Sequence record: NC_010105.1
Direction: 5' to 3' (one strand)
DNA length: 64,000 nucleotides
DNA from: Escherichia phage JS98
In this document: in pieces, positions 1-9,501 of the stretch
How the letters are laid out: every line of letters begins with the position of its first letter
How positions within the stretch are numbered: position 1 is the stretch's first letter
Program-made: the position numbers and the translations under genes
Notes under the pieces: model-generated
Database searches by the model: none
What the model was told of the DNA's origin: nothing
Seen by the model: only the letters and a program-made list of their open reading frames with translations

Positions 1-147
1 AGAGACTAGGATAATGTTAGGGATTAGGCCCTTATTAACAATAGCTTGGAGAGTTTCTTTATCATGAGCAGGCAGAATACATTCAGATAAAGTACCTGGA
101 CGATATTTCTGTTCCCACATGAATTCATTATTATTTACTGTAAGCAT
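1..147 (-). CDS. 44: clamp-loader large subunit gp44, N-terminal fragment (gene runs off window start)
   Basis: RC of 1-147 reads MLTVNNNEFMWEQKYRPGTLSECILPAHDKETLQAIVNKGLIPNIILVS, matching T4 gp44 N-terminus; directly downstream of gene 45. Confidence 0.8.
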   Translation of the reverse strand, partial: MLTVNNNEFMWEQKYRPGTLSECILPAHDKETLQAIVNKGLIPNIILVS

Positions 148-208
148 ATTAATTTCCTCAGGTTTGTTTTTACATTATACTCCAAGGGAGGAAATTCCTC
201 CCTATGCT

Positions 209-907
209 TTAGAACGAGTGGCTTGAGCCTGCTTCCATAGCTAATACATAAGAAGCTTGTGTACCTTCAAACTTAGCTGCAAATCGAGCATCCTGACCTT
301 CACCGCGTGCCCATAACAACACATGATAATCGGCTGGCATCATTTTCATATTGGTTTTGTTAATGATGAACTTAAAGTCAGGACCATCATGGTCAGCCAC
401 GACCAGAGAATACAATGGACGAGTTAATTCTTTATCGTCGACTTGTTTATAACCATTGATAACAATTTTACCATCGTCTACAGTGATTGCAAATGTATCA
501 ATACTCAGACCAGAGGACACACGCATCAACTGTTGATAATCTTCGGCTTTCAAATCGAAAATAACTTCAGCCACAGGGAACGGAATAGCTTTACTTGGGA
601 ATGCGATTGTGCTTGGGTCAGCAATAGGCCACTTAATTGTTGAACGTTGGTCTTTAATAATTAATGTGGTTTGGTCTTCACTTACCGAAACTTCAGCACT
701 TTCTGATACCAAAGACAGAATACTTAAGAAGCCATTCAAATCATAGATTGCCGCTTCGATATCGAAGGTATCACTTACAGTGGCTTCACCATAACTTGCA
801 CCGGTAACAGATCGGGTCAGAATGGTGTTACCTGGTTTAAGCATAATGCCTGGGTTAATACCGGAGAAGTTTTTAAGAATGTTCAGGGTTTCTTTAGAGA
901 ATTTCAT
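209..907 (-). CDS. 45: sliding clamp gp45
   Basis: 232 aa, colinear with T4 gp45 (MK.SK.T...LKNF...GIMLK...DLNGFL..LSLV); size and position match. Confidence 0.9.
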   Translation of the reverse strand: MKFSKETLNILKNFSGINPGIMLKPGNTILTRSVTGASYGEATVSDTFDIEAAIYDLNGFLSILSLVSESAEVSVSEDQTTLIIKDQRSTIKWPIADPSTIAFPSKAIPFPVAEVIFDLKAEDYQQLMRVSSGLSIDTFAITVDDGKIVINGYKQVDDKELTRPLYSLVVADHDGPDFKFIINKTNMKMMPADYHVLLWARGEGQDARFAAKFEGTQASYVLAMEAGSSHSF

Positions 908-931
908 AATGTTTCCTTATCAAGTCAAAAA

Positions 932-1393
932 TTAAGCAATAACGATCATTTGTTTACGAATGGATTCAGGCAGAGATTCAATATACTCTGGAATCTGGGA
1001 AGCAACAATAGCACCGGCTTCAAGCAACTGCTCATCAGGGTCGACGCAATAATCATCTTCTAAACGTTCAGAACCGTCGCGGTCGATAACAAGTTTAGCA
1101 CCTGCAGCCAGTGAATCATTATAATGGCGACGCATAATTTCTACCCACTTATCAGATACGTCGTTATCAATAATACCGTAGAGCATGAACTTAGTTTCTT
1201 GTGGAAGAGACTGCAATCGACGTGCGGAGTTGGTATCAATATTCAGTACCCATGATTTACGGATACGGTTCTGATTATGTGGGTTGGAATCAGTACGGAT
1301 GGTTTTAACTTGGATATCTTTAACGGTAACGCCATTAGAAGTAGCAAACATAATATTTTCTCTCATTTGGTTGGTAAATGTATTATAAATCAA
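932..1393 (-). CDS. hypothetical protein at the rpbA position (RNA polymerase-binding protein-like); start may be internal Met
   Basis: 153-aa ORF between 45 and 45.2 as rpbA is in T4; identity positional only. Confidence 0.4.
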   Translation of the reverse strand: MIYNTFTNQMRENIMFATSNGVTVKDIQVKTIRTDSNPHNQNRIRKSWVLNIDTNSARRLQSLPQETKFMLYGIIDNDVSDKWVEIMRRHYNDSLAAGAKLVIDRDGSERLEDDYCVDPDEQLLEAGAIVASQIPEYIESLPESIRKQMIVIA

Positions 1394-1407
1394 TATTTTA
1401 AAGCAAT

Positions 1408-1599
1408 TTAATCAAAGTACTCGTAGACAAACCATGCTGGATTTCTATTTGACATGATTGTAACATATTCTGACTTAAAAGCATTTTGGAGATAATCTTC
1501 AGTAACAAGATGTTCGTCTCCAGAGAAGTTGTTAACTAAAACATATCTCTTTATTTCCGGGGCGGCCAACAAATGCTGGCCTGTTATAAAATCACTCAT
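1408..1599 (-). CDS. small conserved protein at the 45.2 position
   Basis: 63-aa ORF, stop overlaps start region of gene 46 array; positional. Confidence 0.45.
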   Translation of the reverse strand: MSDFITGQHLLAAPEIKRYVLVNNFSGDEHLVTEDYLQNAFKSEYVTIMSNRNPAWFVYEYFD

Positions 1600-3278
1600 T
1601 CCATCACCGTGAATCGTCCAACTTTCTTCATTTGAAGATGTTGGCCATAAGCTTGTGGGTCATGGTCTCGGTGAGAGATAATGAACACGTTCGTATCCTC
1701 AAGGCTATTCAAGATGGTTGCAATGCTCTTAACGCCTTCAGCGTCAGTTGCACTGTCAAATACCTCATCAAGAATCAGTGTGGATATATTAACACCTGAT
1801 ACCCTAGAAGCAATATCACGCCATGTAAAAAGAAGTGCGATATCAATACGTGCTTTCTCACCCTGTGAAAATGAAGCATAACTAAAGTCTTCACGTCCAC
1901 GTGATTTAATCGTCTCATTGAATTCTTCGTCTAGGGTAAAGACGTAGTCCGCTTCCATAATCTTCAAATAAGAATTAATCTGCTTATTAAAGATAGGAAT
2001 GTATTTCTTAATAATGGAACCTTTAATACCGGTATCCTTCAACATTTCTGTCAGAATTCCACGATGATATTTTTCCATTACCAAGGACGATTTGGTAGAG
2101 ACGATTTTATCAAGCTCTGCTTGAAGCGCAGCAATCTCTTCGGCATTACTTACGAACTCAGCTGCTGCCTGGTCAATTAATACCTTAACCTTTTTAGCTT
2201 TCTCTACAGCAGTAATGGCTTGCTGTTTATGAGTAGCTATCTGAGATTTAATAGCCAACGCTTTATTGCGTTGTTCTGCTACTTGGTCTTTAATGAGCTT
2301 GAGCTCTTGGTACTGCTCATTAATCTTATCCAAAGATTTTTGAAGCTCAAAGTTTTTATCCTTAATTTTAGTAAGGATATTACCATGCTCTTCTAACCCT
2401 TGCATACACGTAGGGCAGTGACCACCGGTTTCGTATAACTTAACTACCTTTGTAAAGGTTGCCATATCATTTTTGATTGCAAATCCTTTATTACTCAGGT
2501 CACTCATGGAGTCGCTAGGGTCATCATCTACGATAACATTGAGTAATTCATCAGTCAGGGATTCTATGCTCGCCTTCGCAGTCCTGGCTTCTTTAACGAG
2601 CTCATCATACATTAATTGTAGACGGGCTGCGTTCTCACCAGATAATTTACGTTGACGTTCTTCGTTGTCGTTATAAATTTTAATTTGTTGGGTAATAGAA
2701 TCTTGCTTAACGTCTATTACTTGGATTTGGCTATTAGTCTCACGAATCAAAGATTTATTCAACTTATCCATATCCGCTAATACAGAAACCTCTAAGAGGT
2801 CTTCGACGAGTTTTCTTCTTGCAGGAGTGGATAGGCCCATAAAAGGGGTATATCCAGCTGTGCCGAGTACGACAATTTGTTTGAAGCTTGCATAGGACAT
2901 TCCGATAAGCTGTTCAAATTCCGCTTGGAAGTCTTTACTGCTGGCAGATTCATCAAGACGTTCACCGTCACAAGAGATTTCAAAAACGTTGGGTTTTTGC
3001 CCGCGTTTGATATAGTATTCTTTGCCATCATATTCCATCCACAGTTCGACCAAAAGGTCTTTCTTGTTACTTGAGTTAATCAACTGCCCTTTCTTAACAT
3101 CGCGAAAAGGCTTACCAAACAGAGCAAATGTTACAGCTTCAAGGAATGTTGATTTCCCTGCACCATTTTTACCAGTGACTAAGGTCTTTTGGACCTTGTC
3201 AAGTTGGATTGTAATAGGCTGCTGCCCTACCGACATAATATTTTTATACGTTACTTTCTTAAGCTTAAACGTTTTCAT
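1596..3278 (-). CDS. 46: recombination endonuclease subunit gp46 (Rad50/SbcC-like ATPase)
   Basis: 560 aa; Walker A GKNGAGKST near N-terminus, long coiled-coil middle, C-terminal ATPase signature; same length as T4 gp46. Confidence 0.9.
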   Translation of the reverse strand: MKTFKLKKVTYKNIMSVGQQPITIQLDKVQKTLVTGKNGAGKSTFLEAVTFALFGKPFRDVKKGQLINSSNKKDLLVELWMEYDGKEYYIKRGQKPNVFEISCDGERLDESASSKDFQAEFEQLIGMSYASFKQIVVLGTAGYTPFMGLSTPARRKLVEDLLEVSVLADMDKLNKSLIRETNSQIQVIDVKQDSITQQIKIYNDNEERQRKLSGENAARLQLMYDELVKEARTAKASIESLTDELLNVIVDDDPSDSMSDLSNKGFAIKNDMATFTKVVKLYETGGHCPTCMQGLEEHGNILTKIKDKNFELQKSLDKINEQYQELKLIKDQVAEQRNKALAIKSQIATHKQQAITAVEKAKKVKVLIDQAAAEFVSNAEEIAALQAELDKIVSTKSSLVMEKYHRGILTEMLKDTGIKGSIIKKYIPIFNKQINSYLKIMEADYVFTLDEEFNETIKSRGREDFSYASFSQGEKARIDIALLFTWRDIASRVSGVNISTLILDEVFDSATDAEGVKSIATILNSLEDTNVFIISHRDHDPQAYGQHLQMKKVGRFTVME

Positions 3279-3499
3279 GTATTGTTCTCACGAATTGTTT
3301 GTTCAGCATATTCTAGCATTTCTTCGGAAGAAGCAAACACGTCGTCAAGTTCCATGGCCCATGAAACACCTTCAGAATATTCAGAAGTGACATACATAGT
3401 TCCGGTATACCAAGAACCATCCACGTCCCATTCTACATTACCGAACCAGCCATCGCCAATATGAAAATCATGTTTATACATTTTCATCATTATAAGCAT
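3275..3499 (-). CDS. hypothetical protein (46.1 position)
   Basis: 74-aa ORF packed between 46 and 47. Confidence 0.45.
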   Translation of the reverse strand: MLIMMKMYKHDFHIGDGWFGNVEWDVDGSWYTGTMYVTSEYSEGVSWAMELDDVFASSEEMLEYAEQTIRENNT

Positions 3500-3737
3500 C
3501 CTTGATGCATGATTCAGCCATATGAATTAATGTTTCTGGAGTATCATCTACCATTACATTAAAGCTAAATTCTACAGCCCAATCGGTAGCAACATAAACT
3601 TTAATAAGCTCGCAGGTATCACGAGTGCTCACGGCTTCAAACCAGAACTTAATTGTACTAGGTTGGCCATCATCGTCAATAACTATACAGTCGTGTTCCA
3701 GTTCAAGTCCTGATTTTTTGAATTCATCTAAAGTCAT
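3474..3737 (-). CDS. hypothetical protein (46.2 position)
   Basis: 87-aa ORF packed between 46 and 47. Confidence 0.45.
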   Translation of the reverse strand: MTLDEFKKSGLELEHDCIVIDDDGQPSTIKFWFEAVSTRDTCELIKVYVATDWAVEFSFNVMVDDTPETLIHMAESCIKDAYNDENV

Positions 3738-4756
3738 CGTGTAACCTCATTATAAAGTTGTGCGGTCATAGTCTTAAGGGCTTTAACATCTTCTTCAGTG
3801 TGGCCATCAGGAAGGGCGTCGATATAATCATACATCATATCCAAGAGGGATTTAACTTCATCTTCCTCTTCAGAATCATCGATATCAACACTATTATCTA
3901 CCTTAGACACGATACGTAAAGAGTGAACAACCTTTTCAAGCTCTGATTCGAACTTAGTAAGGCCGTCATCGATTTTATCGACTATAACACGAACTGCGAT
4001 ATTTGTAAAATCTTTGTAATCGATAGTCGCATTAGGATAATGAATCTTACGATGCCAACAGGTTTCATTAATGATGAAATCCATTTTATGAGTTTCGGTA
4101 TCGAAAATCCAGAAACCACGAGGGTCGTTCTCATCACCTGCAGTCAGGGTCCATGGAGTACCAATGTACTTAACGTTTGCTGCATCAGAAATAGTGTGGA
4201 AGTGGCCTGACCAAACTTGCTTATACTTTTTAAGGAAATCAGGTTCTAAACCATGGGATTTCATTCCTTTATAGAAATAGAAACCATTTAATTCCCAATG
4301 ACCAACACAGAAATCTGCTGTAGTATTTTTGATATGGTCCATGATATCAGTCGTGTTTTCTTCACACATCCATGGAATCAAATCAATTTCGGTGCCATCA
4401 AAGTTAACCGTAGTAGGTTTTTCAATAACCTTGATATGGTCATATTTACCCAGAACTTCAGAAGCTGCGTTAGGAGTCAAGGTATTTTTGTAGTGCATAT
4501 CATGATTACCAACAATGGTATACATGGTAATGCCATTAGCTTTAAGCAAATCAGAGATTTCGCGAGCGAATTCCATACACTTATGGGTAATTGCTTTACG
4601 AACGTCAAAGATATCGCCGTATTGAATCCATACGGTAATACCATTTGCTTTAGAATAATCAATAGCGTCTTGGATACCTTGACGTTGGATATTTTGTACC
4701 CACACATCATCGGCCTTCACTCCAAGGTGCCAGTCACCTGTGTTTAATATTTTCAT
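3734..4756 (-). CDS. 47: recombination endonuclease subunit gp47 (Mre11/SbcD-like phosphoesterase)
   Basis: Start taken at MKILNTGDWHLG (ATG at 4754-4756), not the upstream in-frame Met of the ORF track; GDWH and GNHD phosphoesterase motifs; colinear with T4 gp47. Confidence 0.9.
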   Translation of the reverse strand: MKILNTGDWHLGVKADDVWVQNIQRQGIQDAIDYSKANGITVWIQYGDIFDVRKAITHKCMEFAREISDLLKANGITMYTIVGNHDMHYKNTLTPNAASEVLGKYDHIKVIEKPTTVNFDGTEIDLIPWMCEENTTDIMDHIKNTTADFCVGHWELNGFYFYKGMKSHGLEPDFLKKYKQVWSGHFHTISDAANVKYIGTPWTLTAGDENDPRGFWIFDTETHKMDFIINETCWHRKIHYPNATIDYKDFTNIAVRVIVDKIDDGLTKFESELEKVVHSLRIVSKVDNSVDIDDSEEEDEVKSLLDMMYDYIDALPDGHTEEDVKALKTMTAQLYNEVTR

Positions 4757-4896
4757 AAGCCGAGCACCGTTATCGCAATGCAAAATAAAATTATTGAGAT
4801 GAACCCATCAGGAGTAGAAAAGAATCCTATCCAACAGGCTCGTGTGAATGTGTAGAATGCCATGAATAACACGACATATCCTAAAAGTAATTCCAT
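4753..4896 (-). CDS. small hydrophobic protein (47 aa)
   Basis: MELLLGYVVLFMAFYTF... preceded by GAGGAGAA RBS; stop TGA overlaps gp47 ATG (ATGA coupling). Confidence 0.35.
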   Translation of the reverse strand: MELLLGYVVLFMAFYTFTRACWIGFFSTPDGFISIILFCIAITVLGL

Positions 4897-4939
4897 ATGT
4901 TCTCCTCAGTTGGTTCATTTTATCATCCGAATATAAAGC

Positions 4940-4960
4940 AAAAAAGGAGCCTAAGCTCCT
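4940..4960 (-). terminator. rho-independent terminator (palindrome GGAGC-CTAA-GCTCC with flanking A/T runs)
   Basis: Perfect 5-bp stem, 4-nt loop, T-run on the minus strand immediately after the 4951-5124 ORF. Confidence 0.5.
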
Positions 4961-5124
4961 TTACCAATTAATACACCATACAGAGGTTCATGAGAAGACC
5001 TGAACTTGATAGGCTTATAGGTAATAGTACCTTCATTTTCCGCTTTAATACGAGCAGCTTCAAATTTAAGTATCATCTCATTTTTGTCAGATTTAATCTT
5101 ATCAAAATCCATCGAATTCGTCAT
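4951..5124 (-). CDS. hypothetical small protein (57 aa)
   Basis: MTNSMDFDKIKSDKNEMILKFEAARIKAENEGTITYKPIKFRSSHEPLYGVLIGKGA, GAGG RBS upstream; below ORF-track cutoff. Confidence 0.3.
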   Translation of the reverse strand: MTNSMDFDKIKSDKNEMILKFEAARIKAENEGTITYKPIKFRSSHEPLYGVLIGKGA

Positions 5125-5396
5125 TCATAAAACCTCTTAAACTTTTTCGTATTCGTCATTCATAGCTTAAAAATCCGGATGTTCGTCTTTCATTAGCCAC
5201 CTGTCCATGTTATCATCGTTGCCACCACTTCTTAAGTTGATGTGAATCCACCCAAACCTTGGCTACAGGCTCAATCCGAAAAATTTCATCGGAATACTGC
5301 CCAACCATTTTATATTCGGTTTCAGTCTGCTTAATACAAATATTACCGTATGAGCGAAGTCTGAAGGCGGCTCCAATAAGAAGCCGTTTAAAGGGT

Positions 5397-5708
5397 TTAT
5401 TTACTAGCGCCATTGATAATTTCCCAAATCTGTTTACGCGTAGTTTCCCACATAACTCTAACGATTTCGTCAGTAGTTGGTTGACGGTAAATACCACGTA
5501 ATTTAATTATAGCATATTTGTAAGCTTCGAAATTGTTTTCGAGAACAGCGCCCTGAGCATGTGTATTAAGACGCTTAATTTCACGGGCATTCTTTTTAAG
5601 AATTTTGGCAGCTTGAGAAGCGGCTTCTTTAGCATTATTCTCTTCTAAACGCTTCTGGGCTTCTTCAATTTGCTCTTCGGTCAATTGAGAAATGTCGGTG
5701 CTTTGCAT
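5397..5708 (-). CDS. hypothetical protein (103 aa)
   Basis: Coherent ORF with AAGGA RBS before ATG. Confidence 0.5.
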   Translation of the reverse strand: MQSTDISQLTEEQIEEAQKRLEENNAKEAASQAAKILKKNAREIKRLNTHAQGAVLENNFEAYKYAIIKLRGIYRQPTTDEIVRVMWETTRKQIWEIINGASK

Positions 5709-5709
5709 A

Positions 5710-5937
5710 TTAATCCTTGTAATTCAGTTTTATATAAAAATCTTCGTCGGTAACGTGATAGTTATAAGTTAATGTTCCTTTTTCAGCTTTAATTTCTACC
5801 GAATCAGGGTGTTTTGGGTCTATTACAATAGGAAGCTTGGCAATATCCTTAAGATACATTTTAAGAACATAAGGAATTGCCGAATACTCTCCATCTACTT
5901 CTTCTAAAAGGCCTACCAGGTTAATCTTGAGTTCCAT
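5710..5937 (-). CDS. hypothetical protein (about 75 aa)
   Basis: ORF immediately downstream of gene 55; start set at internal Met to avoid long overlap. Confidence 0.4.
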   Translation of the reverse strand: MELKINLVGLLEEVDGEYSAIPYVLKMYLKDIAKLPIVIDPKHPDSVEIKAEKGTLTYNYHVTDEDFYIKLNYKD

Positions 5938-6478
5938 ATAAAAAATCCAGCTCACCAACTTTAGATTCAGCGCTCTTATCAGACCCTGGCGCTTTAACTA
6001 AAGAGGTTTCATACTGAGTCATTTTGTCGTAAATATCCTGGATAAAAGTTTCATCTGCGATACCTACCATGTCGTCGTCATTGGCGTCATAAACGTTATG
6101 GACGAAGTAGCTGTATTTCTTTGCCATTTCTTTACGTTCTTTCTTGATACGCTGAACAAAGGCATTAAAACAAGCCATAGTGATATATGCATGTGGGTTG
6201 TCGTATTTTGTTTCGTCGAAGTTATGAAGACCTTTAATAGAGGCTTCGATTCCATCAGCAATCATTTCTTGCTTCCAAGATTGGGTATATCCGGAGAAGT
6301 TGAACCGCTTAGAAAGGCCTTCAGCAATGAGCATAATAGCCAAGCCGATAACGTCGTTCTGACGAACTATTTTATTAGGGTCGGTATTTTCTCGGAGTTC
6401 CGTTTTCCACTGGGTAATGGCTTTCAGAAGCTCCTTATTATTTACATAGTTATTTTTAGTCAGTTTAATTTCGGTCAT
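5921..6478 (-). CDS. 55: late-transcription sigma factor gp55
   Basis: 185 aa; NYVNNKELL...WKTEL...[58 protein letters not shown] matches T4 gp55 nearly residue for residue. Confidence 0.92.
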   Translation of the reverse strand: MTEIKLTKNNYVNNKELLKAITQWKTELRENTDPNKIVRQNDVIGLAIMLIAEGLSKRFNFSGYTQSWKQEMIADGIEASIKGLHNFDETKYDNPHAYITMACFNAFVQRIKKERKEMAKKYSYFVHNVYDANDDDMVGIADETFIQDIYDKMTQYETSLVKAPGSDKSAESKVGELDFLYGTQD

Positions 6479-6544
6479 TGTTACCTCAGATAACTCAAAT
6501 CATAGGTCTATTATATCATAGTATTTGGAGACCCGTTTAAAGCA

Positions 6545-6808
6545 TCAACGGAGTAAGCAATAAGCCTGAAATACTGTTTCAAGGATTTGTATGAACTCGG
6601 GATAAGAAATTGTATCAGTACATCCATGTTCGGACATATATCCGCAAAATTCTTTAAAAAGTTCCGGATAATCCCGATGGTTGTATTTGGAAATATGAGA
6701 CTTCCATACTAAAGAAGTCTCACCACAAACAAACTCAACATCCATACAGTTATCTATTAAGAAAAATCCGAGACCTTCATAAGCGAGGGTGGTGGATATG
6801 GGTTTCAT
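6545..6808 (-). CDS. hypothetical protein (87 aa, Cys-containing)
   Basis: Intact ORF in leftward array. Confidence 0.4.
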   Translation of the reverse strand: MKPISTTLAYEGLGFFLIDNCMDVEFVCGETSLVWKSHISKYNHRDYPELFKEFCGYMSEHGCTDTISYPEFIQILETVFQAYCLLR

Positions 6809-7071
6809 TGTAGGAATCGAGCTCCTTCTAATGCATCATCAAGATTATCAAACTCATCGACGTAATCAATACCGCCAACTTCATCTTTAGCGTATAGCCA
6901 GTACCGTTTAAATTCATATTCGATAATAAAGTGGTCACCTTCAATCTGGAGAGCCCCATCACCATTAAATTGGACTGCATAACCTGTAAAGCGGACATCA
7001 TTCAGGAGTTCTTCTTTCATAGCAATCATTTCCAAGTTTTTATCGTAATTAGAGAGTTTTATTTTAATCAT
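6805..7071 (-). CDS. hypothetical acidic protein (88 aa)
   Basis: Intact ORF, stop/start overlap with neighbours. Confidence 0.4.
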   Translation of the reverse strand: MIKIKLSNYDKNLEMIAMKEELLNDVRFTGYAVQFNGDGALQIEGDHFIIEYEFKRYWLYAKDEVGGIDYVDEFDNLDDALEGARFLQ

Positions 7072-7397
7072 TTCGCAGCCTTAACAATTTTCAGGTCAAC
7101 GAATTTTTTCTTACGCTGGTTCTTCATACGACGGATGGTTTTGTCTGTGATTTCACCTGGGTGCCAAGCTTTAGATTCAACACCGAAGGCAGCAACATCA
7201 AACTCATCAAGAATATATTGAACCAGGATTTCACGAATACCGTTCTTACCAATTTTTTGGTCTTTAGAGTGCATGATTGGTAACAGTTCAGCAACCCATT
7301 GGTCAAGAACCTGAGGAGTTACAAAGCCAGTTTTCATCAGTTCATTAACTTTATCGAAAGCGAAAGAGTTCAGTACGTTTTTAATAGCTTGTGACAT
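7068..7397 (-). CDS. hypothetical protein (109 aa), starts MSQAIKN
   Basis: ORF with GAGGAAATT RBS; 5' leader and first codons identical to those of the 14377-15222 gene. Confidence 0.5.
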   Translation of the reverse strand: MSQAIKNVLNSFAFDKVNELMKTGFVTPQVLDQWVAELLPIMHSKDQKIGKNGIREILVQYILDEFDVAAFGVESKAWHPGEITDKTIRRMKNQRKKKFVDLKIVKAAK

Positions 7398-7436
7398 AAT
7401 AATTTCCTCAGTTTAAAATTTATAATCCGTGGGACC

Positions 7437-7466
7437 ATTATACTCTGGTCCCAAGAGTTTGTAAAC
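7437..7466 (-). promoter_or_regulatory. sigma70-type early promoter (GTTTACA -35, 17-bp spacer, TATAAT -10) with inverted repeat GGGACC/GGTCCC flanking the -10
   Basis: Read on minus strand: GTTTACAAACTCTTGGGACCAGAGTATAATGGTCCC upstream of 7068-7397. Confidence 0.55.
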
Positions 7467-7666
7467 TATTTTTGTGCTAGTGCGCCTTTCCAACCTTCAT
7501 ACATCGCGGCGGCTGATATTAATATTGCTCCTGCGCATTTTGAATATTTGTTATTCCAAAACCAGTTTAGAAAAACTTCGTCATCAATACCTTGAGCTAC
7601 CATATTTTCAAAGAACTGACGACGGGCTTCAGCAATTCGTTGTGATAATTTAGATTCAGGATTCAT
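7466..7666 (-). CDS. hypothetical protein (66 aa)
   Basis: Intact ORF. Confidence 0.4.
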   Translation of the reverse strand: MNPESKLSQRIAEARRQFFENMVAQGIDDEVFLNWFWNNKYSKCAGAILISAAAMYEGWKGALAQK

Positions 7667-7805
7667 TTAAATTTTCCAGTTGCCGTTTTCATCAATAAAT
7701 TCAATCCAGTCATTTACTGACCACTTAGTCGTATCGCCTTTTGGAGCAACATTTAAGGTGTATAATCCTTGTTTAAAAAGCATACGTTTGATATTCATAT
7801 TTTCC

Positions 7806-8099
7806 TCAGCTGTAACGATAGCACTCGTTTGATTTACGTTTTGCAACTCGATGAGAAGTATTGTAATCAGGTTCATCGTCGTTGTAAACATCTTTTTTCA
7901 GCTTTCTCACTTCTTTACGAAGTTGGCGATTCATTTCATTCTTAACTTCAGAATCAACGCCACGCATACGTTTCCACTTGTCAGAACGGAAGATATTTTC
8001 TTCAACTCGTTCCTGACTTACGCCGTCTGGTGCTTTACGACGTCCGGAATAATAAAAATCTTTTACAGACAATTCTTTACGACGGATAGTTTTACCCAT
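7806..8099 (-). CDS. hypothetical basic protein (97 aa)
   Basis: Lys/Arg-rich ORF. Confidence 0.4.
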   Translation of the reverse strand: MGKTIRRKELSVKDFYYSGRRKAPDGVSQERVEENIFRSDKWKRMRGVDSEVKNEMNRQLRKEVRKLKKDVYNDDEPDYNTSHRVAKRKSNECYRYS

Positions 8100-8101
8100 A
8101 G

Positions 8102-8356
8102 TTACCTCAACAGTTTGTATCCAATAAGGTTTTTAATGTACTGGATGTCTTTGATATCCAAATCCAACTTAAGGTCTTTCAGACGGTCGGCCAGGGTCAA
8201 AAAGGTTACATGCTTCCAATTCTTCACTGGGCAGCAATAAGTCTTAGGACCATTTGCAATTTCAATATTCTTATCAGTGACGGTGAGAAAAATTAGGCGC
8301 TCATCATCCAGATTAAGGGTGACGACATTTTTCATTGAATGCAATTTCAGGCTCAT
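8102..8356 (-). CDS. hypothetical protein (84 aa)
   Basis: Intact ORF. Confidence 0.4.
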   Translation of the reverse strand: MSLKLHSMKNVVTLNLDDERLIFLTVTDKNIEIANGPKTYCCPVKNWKHVTFLTLADRLKDLKLDLDIKDIQYIKNLIGYKLLR

Positions 8357-8558
8357 AATTTAATTTCCTTAGCTATCGAACAAAACACACCGCGGTCACA
8401 AATCATTTTAATATTAAGGTCAATTATGGTATACCACACGTCCAGGCTAGATATTTCAGTTACTAGAACAGCTTTGCCGTTGATTGAATAATACTGGTTG
8501 ACTTTAATTTCTTTATCTTGGATAGTCATAATGTTCTCCTCATGTGTTGATAGGATAG

Positions 8559-8587
8559 ACTATAACACGTGAGGAGAGGAAGTAAAC
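8559..8587 (-). promoter_or_regulatory. early promoter (GTTTAC -35, 17-bp spacer, TATAGT -10)
   Basis: Minus-strand GTGTTTACTTCCTCTCCTCACGTGTTATAGTCTATCC, followed by GAGGAG RBS and a 53-aa ORF. Confidence 0.4.
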
Positions 8588-8588
8588 A

Positions 8589-8906
8589 CTAATCTTCAAT
8601 TAAATCTCGGTCATAGCCAAGTTCAATCAAAAGGGATTTGAAGGCAGGAATATTTTCTATTTTCTTATTATCAACAAAGATTACAGGATAGCGTATAGCT
8701 AAGCTCTTGAAGCCAGCACGTTTGGCCAATGATACTATAAGAGGCTTATCATATACTGCGCCTGACGGCGTCTGGTTAATTACAGGATAGAAAGTATATT
8801 GGATAGAAAGGGAATTTAGGAGCGATAGAACTGCAATGCACCCTGGACAGCGCATGACCGTCTCAGGGATACCGTAAATCTCAATTTTAGTTAACTTTTG
8901 GTCCAC
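8589..8906 (-). CDS. glutaredoxin/NrdH-like redoxin (CPGC active site)
   Basis: KIEIYG beta-strand then CPGC dithiol and C-terminal glutaredoxin-like region; start placed at GTG 8904-8906, 8 nt after an AAGGAG RBS (start uncertain). Confidence 0.5.
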   Translation of the reverse strand: MDQKLTKIEIYGIPETVMRCPGCIAVLSLLNSLSIQYTFYPVINQTPSGAVYDKPLIVSLAKRAGFKSLAIRYPVIFVDNKKIENIPAFKSLLIELGYDRDLIED

Positions 8907-9183
8907 AGGAAATAACTCCTTGGTAGTCCCAAGTTTTGATAACTTCGTCTTCATTAGTTCCATACGGGATGTAAATCTGGATAAGGAACCCAGTATCATC
9001 AAAAGAGAAGTAGACGGTAGGTTTAATACCGTGAATCTCTGAAAGAGCATAGATGTCCTTGAGGTCATCTTCCTTACCGATAAAGAATTCTGGGTTCAGG
9101 TCACAGTCATGGAAGTACCATTCTTGGCCAAACTTGTCCCAAGCCGCCCAATCAGTAGCTACATACTCTTCAAAACGTTTCAT
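8887..9183 (-). CDS. hypothetical protein (98 aa)
   Basis: Intact ORF; 20-nt overlap with glutaredoxin start. Confidence 0.4.
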   Translation of the reverse strand: MKRFEEYVATDWAAWDKFGQEWYFHDCDLNPEFFIGKEDDLKDIYALSEIHGIKPTVYFSFDDTGFLIQIYIPYGTNEDEVIKTWDYQGVISCGPKVN

Positions 9184-9407
9184 TCTTTCACCTTCATCAT
9201 TTTAGAAATAACACTATGAACAGACTGGATTCGTTTTTCGAACTCAGACTCTTCAAGACCCTTTTCAGTACTCAGCGCACCAATCATCACAAACAGCAAT
9301 CCAAATGGGATAACCAGGATTAAAAGGCACACAATAAACAGGACAAATGTAATATTGGCCAGGATATCAGAAGCAGCATTACGAAATTTATTCATACGAT
9401 AGTCCAT
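9180..9407 (-). CDS. small membrane protein (75 aa, one TM helix)
   Basis: Hydrophobic stretch ITFVLFIVCLLILVIPFGLLFVMIGAL. Confidence 0.4.
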   Translation of the reverse strand: MDYRMNKFRNAASDILANITFVLFIVCLLILVIPFGLLFVMIGALSTEKGLEESEFEKRIQSVHSVISKMMKVKE

Positions 9408-9501
9408 GTATTAGTTACAACAAATAACCATTGAGCAGGATACTCAACACCCATGCGCCGGATAATATCATTCATAGATTCGGTTAAGGCGTAAAAATTA
9501 A

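Noticed and set aside
1681-3390. Plus-strand ORFs (1681-1881, 2473-2655, 2877-3074, 3022-3390, 3189-3464) and minus-strand 2792-3031 inside gene 46
   Set aside because: All lie antisense to or out of frame within the Rad50-like gene 46 and have low-complexity translations; no RBS or promoter context.
4298-4747. Plus-strand 149-aa ORF and minus-strand 77-aa ORF inside gene 47
   Set aside because: Embedded in the conserved Mre11-like coding region; shadow ORFs.
5101-5160. Short direct duplication TATGAATGACGAAT(A/T)CGA
   Set aside because: Only about 17 nt repeated twice; it creates two tiny alternative starts and looks like a local slippage duplication rather than a functional element.
5213-5501. 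Overlapping 94-aa (minus) and 80-aa (plus) ORFs
   Set aside because: The minus ORF is an N-terminal extension running through the coherent 5397-5708 gene in another frame; the plus ORF is antisense. Only a short 31-aa C-terminal piece could be real and it was not annotated.
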